Position numbers and translations under genes: made by a program. 42,926 nt of DNA from Elusimicrobiota bacterium (GTDB lineage: Bacteria > Elusimicrobiota > Elusimicrobia > UBA1565): the NCBI GenBank assembly GCA_043819795.1, contig JBDREN010000032.1:1-42926 (forward strand), written 5' to 3'. Below are positions 35,967 to 42,926 of the stretch, piece after piece (the stretch's first letter is position 1; each line of letters opens with the position of its first letter). Below the pieces are notes generated by a model. The model saw nothing but the letters and a program-made list of their open reading frames with translations. It ran no database searches and had not been told where the DNA came from.

Positions 35967-37111
35967 TCGCCTTCGAGGTGGGGCTCGGCTACGGCTGCGG
36001 GGTGAAATGCCGCTTCTGCGCGCAGAAGCGCGAATGGCGGCGCATCCCCCCCCTGCCCTTCGATCTCATCGCGCGGCAGATGTACATGGCCCACGCGGAC
36101 GGCTACCGGAGCGTCTGCTTCACCGGGGGCGAGCCCACGCTCTACAACGACCTTCCGAAGATGGCGGCGCTGGCCCGGCGCATCGGGTTCACCTACATCC
36201 GGGTGCAGTCCAACGGCATGCGGCTGGCCGATCCCGCCTACGCGGGGCGGCTCATCGACGCCGGAGTGAACTTCTTCCGGGTCTCGGGCCACGGACACAC
36301 GGCGGAGCTGCACGACTGGCTCGTGCAGACGCCCGGCGCCCTGGAAAGGCTCTTCGCGGCGGCGGAGAACATCCGCTCGCGCGGCGTCGAGGTCGGCGTC
36401 AATTTCCTGATCAACGCCAGGAACCACGCGACGCTCCCCGAGTTCTGCGACGAGTTCCTCGGCCGGGGCTTCACCGATTTCGTGATCGTCTACCCGCTTT
36501 ACGAGGGCGACCTGGCGGAGAACGCCGGGGAGCTGGGCGTGCTCATGGCGGAGGCGGCGCGCGGCTTGCGGCGGGCGCTCGAAGTGTTCGACCGCCGCCG
36601 AGCGGACTATCCGAGAGTGCTCAACTTCACGCCGTGCGCGGCGCCGGACCTGATCCCGATCATGGTGGCGTGGTCGCCGCATTCCTCCATCATGGCGGGC
36701 GGCGACGGGGTCCCCGCGGACTTCTACGTGGCCGCCAACGAGTCCCGCGTCAAGACCGCCGCGTGCCGGGGATGCGCGTTCGGCGCGGAGTGCCGGGGCT
36801 TCAACGCCGGCTACCTGAAGCGCTTCCCGGACGAGGGGCTGGGGGCGGTGGCTTCGGAGCACGAGGGCGCGGCCAAGGTCGCGCGTCGGCTGGGCGGTCG
36901 CCGCATCCTGCGCGCCGGCGACGCCTTCTTCGACGAGGAGCGGCGGGAGGTCGCCCGGCTGGTGCAGCCCCTGGTGGACCAGGAGGTGTGCAAGACGGAG
37001 GTCCAGGTCGAGCGGATGGCGCTGGCGTTCGACGCGGAGGAGAGCGGGCTCGTGCAGCAGCGCTCCGTATGGCGCGAACCTCTGTCTTCGAAGGAGGCGG
37101 CACGTGCCTGA
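35963..37111 (+). CDS. Radical SAM protein (HxsC-like), paralog of 22519 and 34887
   Basis: YGCGVKCRFCAQKREWR, FTGGEPT, VQSNG, PLYEGDL, NFTPC, CRGCAFGAECRG; ATGA overlap. Confidence 0.88.
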   Translation: MIAFEVGLGYGCGVKCRFCAQKREWRRIPPLPFDLIARQMYMAHADGYRSVCFTGGEPTLYNDLPKMAALARRIGFTYIRVQSNGMRLADPAYAGRLIDAGVNFFRVSGHGHTAELHDWLVQTPGALERLFAAAENIRSRGVEVGVNFLINARNHATLPEFCDEFLGRGFTDFVIVYPLYEGDLAENAGELGVLMAEAARGLRRALEVFDRRRADYPRVLNFTPCAAPDLIPIMVAWSPHSSIMAGGDGVPADFYVAANESRVKTAACRGCAFGAECRGFNAGYLKRFPDEGLGAVASEHEGAAKVARRLGGRRILRAGDAFFDEERREVARLVQPLVDQEVCKTEVQVERMALAFDAEESGLVQQRSVWREPLSSKEAARA

Positions 37112-38126
37112 CGCGCCTTTCTGGCAGAAGTGCAACAGCCACTGCGTGATGTGCACGAACTCCGACGCGTACATCAACGAGCCCGACGCGAGGTACGGGC
37201 TCGCCAAGCACCTGCGCAAGATCGCCGAGTTCAAGGCGGACCCGGGCGACCGTAACGTGTACTACCAGAACGGCGAGCACGGCGGCTACTTCCTCTTCAC
37301 CGGGGGGGAGCCCACCCTCAACCCCGATTTCCTGCGCCTTCTCGCCGAGTACCGGAAGAGCTTCCCAGGGACGCCTATTACGCTTCTGACCAACGGGCGG
37401 CTCTTCTGCTACGAGGACTTCGCCCGGGAGACGATGCTCGCCGGCGGGAACCCGTTCGAGGTGGCGGTCGCGGTCCACGGCCCGGACGCCGCGGCGCACG
37501 ACGCGGTCACCCGGACGCCGGGCAGCTTCGCGGAGACCGTCGAGGGGCTCGGACACGCGCTCAAGCACCGCGGCCCGGGGCAGGCCGTGGAGATCCGCGT
37601 GGTCCTGCACCGGCGCACCGCCGGGATGCTCGAGCGCACTTTGCGTTTCCTCCTCGAGACCTTCCCGGACGCCTCGGGCTACCGCCTCACGCTCGTCTAT
37701 TTCGAGGCCGAGGGGCAGGCCGCCAAGAACTTCGAGCGCATCCGGATCACGCTCACGGACTGCGCCGCGCGCGTCGCCGCTTGCCGCGGCCTGCTGGGAC
37801 GGTTCCGGGAGCTGCGCCTCTACCATTTCCCCCTGTGCGTGCTCCCGGAGACGCTCTGGCCGCACGCGTGGCGCTCGCTGCCGCGCTACGAGATCATGCA
37901 CGTGAAGGCATGCGGCGCGTGCGCGCTCAACGACGTGTGCGTGGGGCCCCACGATTGGTACGCGGAGCGCTTCGGCGTCTCCGAGTTCAAGCCGTTTCAG
38001 GCCCGGCGCAGCCTGGTCTTGAGCGGGAACCCCTTTCACCCCATCGCCTCCGTCGGCGAGGGGACCGTTCCCTGGACGCCCGCGCGGGTCGTCGACGAGA
38101 AGAAGGATGAGGCCGTACGCTGGTAG
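37104..38126 (+). CDS. Radical SAM protein (HxsC-like), paralog of 25100
   Basis: MPDAPFWQKCNSHCVMC, FTGGEPTLNP, LTNGRLF, HDAVTRTPGSF, LYHFPLCVLP, CGACALNDVCVG; AAGGAGG RBS. Confidence 0.88.
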   Translation: MPDAPFWQKCNSHCVMCTNSDAYINEPDARYGLAKHLRKIAEFKADPGDRNVYYQNGEHGGYFLFTGGEPTLNPDFLRLLAEYRKSFPGTPITLLTNGRLFCYEDFARETMLAGGNPFEVAVAVHGPDAAAHDAVTRTPGSFAETVEGLGHALKHRGPGQAVEIRVVLHRRTAGMLERTLRFLLETFPDASGYRLTLVYFEAEGQAAKNFERIRITLTDCAARVAACRGLLGRFRELRLYHFPLCVLPETLWPHAWRSLPRYEIMHVKACGACALNDVCVGPHDWYAERFGVSEFKPFQARRSLVLSGNPFHPIASVGEGTVPWTPARVVDEKKDEAVRW

Positions 38127-38138
38127 AGGAGGAGCATC

Positions 38139-39623
38139 GTGAGCCGCGTCACTAAGAAAGCCAAGGCCGGGAAGATAACAGCGGGGACCTACGACGCCAT
38201 CGTGTTCGGGGGCGGGCCGGCGGGCAGTACGGCCGGGAACCTCCTGGCGCACAAGGGATACCGAGTGCTGGTCATCGAGAAGGACCGCTTCCCCCGCCAC
38301 CACATCGGGGAGTCCCTGCTTCCGGGTCTCAACTCGCTCTACCGGCGCCTGGGCGTTGAGAAGCGTCTCATGCGCTCGAATTTCTTCCTGAAGACCGGCG
38401 GCACCTACATCTGGGGACCCACGCGCAAGCCCTGGTCGATCTGGTTCATGGACCTGAGCGAGGCCCCCACGTACCTGGACGAGCGGAGCCAGACCTGGGC
38501 CTACCATGTGGACCGGGACCGCTTCGACAAGATCCTCCTCGACCAGTGCGCCCGGCGAGGGGCCGAGGTGGTCCAGCCCGCGCTCGTGAAGGACGTGGGC
38601 ATGCGCGGCAGGACGATCACGCACGTGGACTACGCGACGGAGGATGGGAAGACGCATCGCGCGCGGGCCAAGTTCTACTTCGACGCGACGGGCCTGGCGG
38701 GGCTGATGGCCCGCAAGATGCGCTGGCGCGTCTTCGAGAAGCAGCTGCGGCACATCGCGGTCTACTCCTACTTCGAGGGAGCGCGCCTGCTGCCCGGCGA
38801 GCACCGCTACCAGATCTTCGTGGTGAACAACCCCGACGGCTGGATCTGGTACATCCCGCTGGCCAAGAACCGCGTGAGCGTGGGGGTCGTGACCTCATCC
38901 AAGCGCCTCGCCGAGGCCAAGAAGGACATGGCGGGCTTCCTCATGCGCAGCATCGAGCGCGCCCCCGAGGTGGCCAAGCTCCTCAAGCGCGCCAAGCGGA
39001 CCCAGCCCATGCGCATCGACCGGGACTGGTCCTACTGCGCTCGCCGGTTCATCGGCGACAACTTCCTTTTGATCGGCGACGCGGCGTCCTTCATCGACCC
39101 GCTGCTCACCTACGGGGTGGCCATGGCCATGCACGCGTCGGCGCTCGCGGCCGACTGCGTGGACCTAGCCCTGCGCGAGCCCAAGCGGGGCAAGGAGTTC
39201 CTGGAGCACTTCGAGAAGGTGCACCGTCACCGCTACAAGGACATCCTCGACTTCGTGAAGTTCTTCTACAGCGGCAACCGCCAGCGGAAGGAGTATTTCT
39301 GGAAGGCCCGGCGGATCCTCAACTATCCGGGCAACAGCTACGCGAAGTACGCCTTCACGTTCATGGCCTCGGCGCACTACCTCTGGAAGTCGTACCTGTA
39401 CGTGGCCTACTTCCGGCAGATCTTCCAGCCGATCGGCCTGCCCGTCGAGCGCCTGCGCAAAGACCGCAAGTTCCTCGAGGAGGTCAAGCGGATCCGCACG
39501 ATGGACCTGGCGTTCATCGACGAGCCCCTGCTGCGGCCCGGGGAGAGGCGGTCGCTGGTGGCCGAGGAGGCGAAGTTGGCGAGGCTCGTGGAAAAGGAGG
39601 TCAAAAGGCGGATGCGCCGATGA
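38139..39623 (+). CDS. Flavin-dependent halogenase
   Basis: GGGPAG FAD motif, FPRHHIGESL, FFLKTGG (candidate catalytic Lys), GWIWYIPL (WxWxIP), GDAASFIDPL; GAGGAGGAG RBS. Confidence 0.87.
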   Translation: MSRVTKKAKAGKITAGTYDAIVFGGGPAGSTAGNLLAHKGYRVLVIEKDRFPRHHIGESLLPGLNSLYRRLGVEKRLMRSNFFLKTGGTYIWGPTRKPWSIWFMDLSEAPTYLDERSQTWAYHVDRDRFDKILLDQCARRGAEVVQPALVKDVGMRGRTITHVDYATEDGKTHRARAKFYFDATGLAGLMARKMRWRVFEKQLRHIAVYSYFEGARLLPGEHRYQIFVVNNPDGWIWYIPLAKNRVSVGVVTSSKRLAEAKKDMAGFLMRSIERAPEVAKLLKRAKRTQPMRIDRDWSYCARRFIGDNFLLIGDAASFIDPLLTYGVAMAMHASALAADCVDLALREPKRGKEFLEHFEKVHRHRYKDILDFVKFFYSGNRQRKEYFWKARRILNYPGNSYAKYAFTFMASAHYLWKSYLYVAYFRQIFQPIGLPVERLRKDRKFLEEVKRIRTMDLAFIDEPLLRPGERRSLVAEEAKLARLVEKEVKRRMRR

Positions 39624-40576
39624 GGACCGACGAGTGCTTCGAGTGGGCCCGGCGGCACCATGGCCTCGGGCGGACCAGGGCCGTGGAAGAGGTCCGCGCG
39701 GTCCTGGACGCCCTCGCGTCCAGCGCGCCGCCGGGGCGGCTGGCCACGAACCATTTTCAGGCGTGCCTCAACGACCGGGACCTGTTCGGGGTCGTGAAGC
39801 TGGTTCATGTGGCTGAGCCACCGGCGCCCCCCCCGCGGGGGGGCGCCCATGTAGGGGGGGCTGATTTGGTTCTTGGCCGCCGCAAGGCTCTGCGCGCGGT
39901 CTTCCGCCGGCTCAACCGGGAGCGCGGCACGCGCTTCGACGACTCTTTGCTCGACCGGGTCTACGGGGCCATCGTCGAGGGCGGGGCCGGGGGCTGGTAT
40001 CCGATCTTCGGCTTCGAGTTCCATCCCGACGGAGAGCTGTTCCCCGAGATCAGCCTCTACGCCGAGCATCGCGCGCCGCAGGCGGCTCTCGCGGCCGCCC
40101 GGGCCATGCCCGGCGTGGACGTCGCGCGGGTGGAGGGCCAGCGGGACCGGATTTTCGCCCTCGGTCTCGACTTCCTCGCGGACGGGGGGGCGCGGTTCAA
40201 GCTCTATCTGGACACGGAGCCGGCCGCGGCGGCCGGACTCCTGCACGAGCTCGACGCCCGGCTTCATCCGGCCCGGTCGCTCACCTTGCTGCGCACGCGG
40301 CCCGAGGGAGGGTTCGAGGAGCGGAGCAAGGCCTATGTCCCGCTCCAGGCTCGGGAGCCCGGGCGGATCACCGATCTGGCCGGCGAGGATTTTCCAAACG
40401 TCGCGCGCGGCCGCCTGCTCGCGTTCGCCCGGCGCGTGGCCCGGGCGGTATACGGCTACCACCTGTTCTATATCGGCGCTTCGGAGGAGAAGATCGAGGT
40501 CTATTTCGGCAGCGGCAACCCCGTGGGCGATCCCATGATCCGCCGCGCGGCCGAGGCCCGGGAGTCCGGAAGGTGA
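39620..40576 (+). CDS. Hypothetical protein, possible ABBA/PT-barrel (cyanobactin F-like) prenyltransferase fold
   Basis: ATGA overlap; repeated beta-strand motifs FGFEF..EISLY, ALGLDF..ARFKLY, YIG..KIEVYF; paralog of 40573. The CDS is well supported; the fold call is tentative. Confidence 0.6.
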   Translation: MRTDECFEWARRHHGLGRTRAVEEVRAVLDALASSAPPGRLATNHFQACLNDRDLFGVVKLVHVAEPPAPPPRGGAHVGGADLVLGRRKALRAVFRRLNRERGTRFDDSLLDRVYGAIVEGGAGGWYPIFGFEFHPDGELFPEISLYAEHRAPQAALAAARAMPGVDVARVEGQRDRIFALGLDFLADGGARFKLYLDTEPAAAAGLLHELDARLHPARSLTLLRTRPEGGFEERSKAYVPLQAREPGRITDLAGEDFPNVARGRLLAFARRVARAVYGYHLFYIGASEEKIEVYFGSGNPVGDPMIRRAAEARESGR

Positions 40577-41520
40577 ACGCCACCGACATCCTGAACTGGA
40601 CGCGGCATCACTACGGGGCCGCGGTCCGCCCCATCATGCGGGACTTGGAGCGGCAGATCGACCTGCTCACGAGCGCGGGCGGGGAGGGCGTGTTCATCCT
40701 CGAGTTCTTCGAGGCGGCGATGAACAACCACGACCTCTTCAACCGCGTCAAGCTCGTGCACGTGGCGCAGTTCTACGAGCAGATCCGGGAGCAGCGCAAG
40801 CGCGAGATCGCGCGGCGCCGCCGGCAGTGCCTCCGCGAGATCTTCGACAAATGGGGAATGAACCCGGAGCCGCTCGAGCGCATGTACGACCACGTCTTCG
40901 CCCACGGGCTCCACACCTATTACCCGGTCGCGAGCGTGGAGTGGGACGTGCCCTCGGGGAAGTTTCAGGAGGTGAGCATCTACACCGAGACCGACTGCGC
41001 GCGCGTCGCGGCCGCCATCGCCAGAGGCCTGGGGGTGCCCAAGAAGGGCCTGGCGCGCACGCTCGGGCTCGACCGGATGTTCGCGGTGGGCTACGATTTC
41101 CGTCCCGGCAAGCCAAGCCGCTTCAAGCTCTATCATACCCATCCCCTCACAGTGGAACGCCTGCGCCGCTACTCCTCGGCCAAGCCGTACTTCACCATGC
41201 CGAAACGGATGCTCCCGAAGGAGTACCTCGTGCTCAAGCGCAAAACCGAGGGGGAGGACTTCGAGGACACGCGGAAGGTGTACCTGCCGTACCTGGCCCG
41301 GCGGTCGATCAACGAGGGGCACACGATCTTCGGGATGGCCGCCCATTGCCGGAAGGGCATACTGAAGGATTTCTTCAAGAACATCCGCCACACGGCCGAC
41401 GGGACGTTCCTCGACTATATCGGCTGTGAGGGCACCAAGATCGAGGTCTATTACGGGAAGCCGTCTTTGGGCTGGTCGGAGGAGTCGTTCAAGTCCGGCC
41501 GCGCCATGAGGGGGATATAG
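40573..41520 (+). CDS. Hypothetical protein, paralog of 39620 (possible ABBA prenyltransferase fold)
   Basis: Shared motifs W.R.H.G, N..DLF..VKLVHVA, YP...E...E.S.Y, FA.G.DF....RFKLY, K.Y.P, YIG...KIEVY.G; GTGA overlap. Confidence 0.6.
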   Translation: MNATDILNWTRHHYGAAVRPIMRDLERQIDLLTSAGGEGVFILEFFEAAMNNHDLFNRVKLVHVAQFYEQIREQRKREIARRRRQCLREIFDKWGMNPEPLERMYDHVFAHGLHTYYPVASVEWDVPSGKFQEVSIYTETDCARVAAAIARGLGVPKKGLARTLGLDRMFAVGYDFRPGKPSRFKLYHTHPLTVERLRRYSSAKPYFTMPKRMLPKEYLVLKRKTEGEDFEDTRKVYLPYLARRSINEGHTIFGMAAHCRKGILKDFFKNIRHTADGTFLDYIGCEGTKIEVYYGKPSLGWSEESFKSGRAMRGI

Positions 41521-41522
41521 CC

Positions 41523-42926
41523 GTGGACATCATCCGGGACCTATCGAAGATCGTGGGCAAGTCGCGCGTCACGATCGCGGACAGCGTCGTCAGGGAGTTC
41601 TCGCGCGACTTCGCCAAGTACGACATGGGCAAGGCCCGCGCGGTCGTCCAGCCGGTCACCGAGGAGCAGGTGGTCCAGCTCGTACGCTGGGCGCGCAAGA
41701 CCAAGATCCCCCTGGTGCCCGTGGGCTCGCGCTCGAGCTTCTGGGGCGCCACCAAGGTCGGAGGGCGCGTCGCGGTGGATATGCGCGGCATGAACCGCGT
41801 GCTGAGCATCGACGAGACGGAGGGGATCGTCCGCGCTCAGGCCGGCATACAGATCTCGGAGCTCGACGCCATCCTCCGCAGGAGGGGCTTCTACCTGCCG
41901 ATGTGCCCCGACGGCTTCGGGGACCCGGTGCTCGCCTCCATGATCGCCAACGACACCATCGCGGGGCTCGGGATGTTCAACGCCCCGGGCTCGGCCCTTT
42001 TCGTCACCATGAACGCCGTGCTGGGCACGGGCGAGGTCTTCCGGTTCCCGGGCTCCTCGCACGTCATAGGGCTGCCCGACTACGCGCGCGACGGCTTCCC
42101 GGACATGTCGAGCGTGTTCTTCGCCTCGGAAGGCGCTTTCGGGATCATCACCGAGATGTCGATGCGCTTCGCCGGGATCCCCGTGACCCGAACCTGCGTG
42201 CTCAGCTTCCCTCCCGGGCTCGACGGCTTCCGCCGCATCCTCGACGTGGGCATGTCGCTGCGGGGCCAGCCCATATGCACGTACTGGCGCAACCATTCCT
42301 GGATCTCCATGCAGGCGGATACGGTGGAGATCGAGGTCGCCGGGCGGCCGGAGGAGGTGGGCGTGAAGGTCCGCCGCCTGCAGAAGGCCTGCCGGGACGG
42401 GGGGCTGCAGGAGCCCCAGGTGCTCCTGGAGGAGCCTCCGCGCTGGGAGGAGCGGCCGCGCGACAGCGAGCATTGGATGGGGGTCTCGATGCACGTGCCC
42501 TTCACCCACGCCGAGCGGATCTACTCCCTCTGGCTCGACCGCTTCCGCGGAAGGATGTCGGCCATCGCGCAGCCCGACGGCTTCCTGAGGTGGTACATCG
42601 GGGCGGGAGGGATGGCGGCCCTGTTCGCCTGGAACTACACTCCGGGCGACGCGCAGATGGCGGCCAGCATCGCCCTAGCCGACGAGATCCGCGAGACCGT
42701 CTCGGAGTTCGCCTTCCCCTACCGCATCGGGACGGTATGGCGGCCGAACCTGGAAGGGCGGCTCGATCCGCTGTACTGCCGGATCATCAAAGAGCTCAAG
42801 GACATGTTCGACCCCGACAACATCCTGAACCCGGGAGTCGGGATCTTCGACCTGGCCCCCGCCGGCGCCGTCGCCGGCCGAGCCCTGCGCGGCAGGCGCA
42901 AGCCCACGCCGCTTCCTCGGCCCCGG
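41523..42926 (+). CDS. FAD-binding oxidoreductase (GlcD/VAO family), 3' end runs off the window
   Basis: Not in the ORF track because it has no stop. Translates as (M)DIIRDLSKIVG..AVVQPVTEEQV..IPLVPVGSRSS..VDMRGMNRVLSID..AQAG..FASEGAFGIITE..LKDMFDPDNILNPG. Confidence 0.88.
   Translation, partial: MDIIRDLSKIVGKSRVTIADSVVREFSRDFAKYDMGKARAVVQPVTEEQVVQLVRWARKTKIPLVPVGSRSSFWGATKVGGRVAVDMRGMNRVLSIDETEGIVRAQAGIQISELDAILRRRGFYLPMCPDGFGDPVLASMIANDTIAGLGMFNAPGSALFVTMNAVLGTGEVFRFPGSSHVIGLPDYARDGFPDMSSVFFASEGAFGIITEMSMRFAGIPVTRTCVLSFPPGLDGFRRILDVGMSLRGQPICTYWRNHSWISMQADTVEIEVAGRPEEVGVKVRRLQKACRDGGLQEPQVLLEEPPRWEERPRDSEHWMGVSMHVPFTHAERIYSLWLDRFRGRMSAIAQPDGFLRWYIGAGGMAALFAWNYTPGDAQMAASIALADEIRETVSEFAFPYRIGTVWRPNLEGRLDPLYCRIIKELKDMFDPDNILNPGVGIFDLAPAGAVAGRALRGRRKPTPLPRPR

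Noticed and set aside
38546..40576. 676-aa ORF as listed in the track
   Set aside because: Its first 358 codons overlap the halogenase in another frame; the real gene most likely starts at ATG 39620, matching the N-terminus of its paralog at 40573.

Overview
High-GC bacterial window with four blocks. (1) 1.6-9.6 kb: a cytoplasmic sensory-type [NiFe]-hydrogenase (small and large subunits, maturation protease) sits among a DHp-REC-adenylate/guanylate cyclase, a PAS hybrid histidine kinase, a single-domain response regulator and a cNMP-binding protein, suggesting an H2-to-cyclic-nucleotide circuit. (2) 9.6-13.9 kb, minus strand: a Zn-ribbon membrane protein, a radical SAM/SPASM enzyme, a large membrane protein ending in CACAGCACACACAGGGR, and a methyltransferase. 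(3) 14-20.3 kb: housekeeping genes (short S1, efp, tRNA-Ser(TGA), thioredoxin-like protein, EamA transporter, GGQ release-factor homolog, aldo/keto reductase), plus two tandem ORF6N cassettes behind the tRNA, one of them a pseudogene. (4) 20.4 kb to the window end: a >22 kb, largely translationally coupled, greatly expanded His-Xaa-Ser (Hxs) RiPP-like cluster. It has one HxS-repeat precursor, 8 intact radical SAM enzymes including canonical HxsB, 2 HxsB paralogs lacking CxxxCxxC, 5 HxsD-like proteins, a SufS-like desulfurase, an SRPBCC-like protein, a secreted 14-Cys protein, a flavin-dependent halogenase, two possible ABBA-prenyltransferase-like paralogs and an FAD oxidoreductase that runs off the window. 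All calls come from motif reading by eye; no searches were run.
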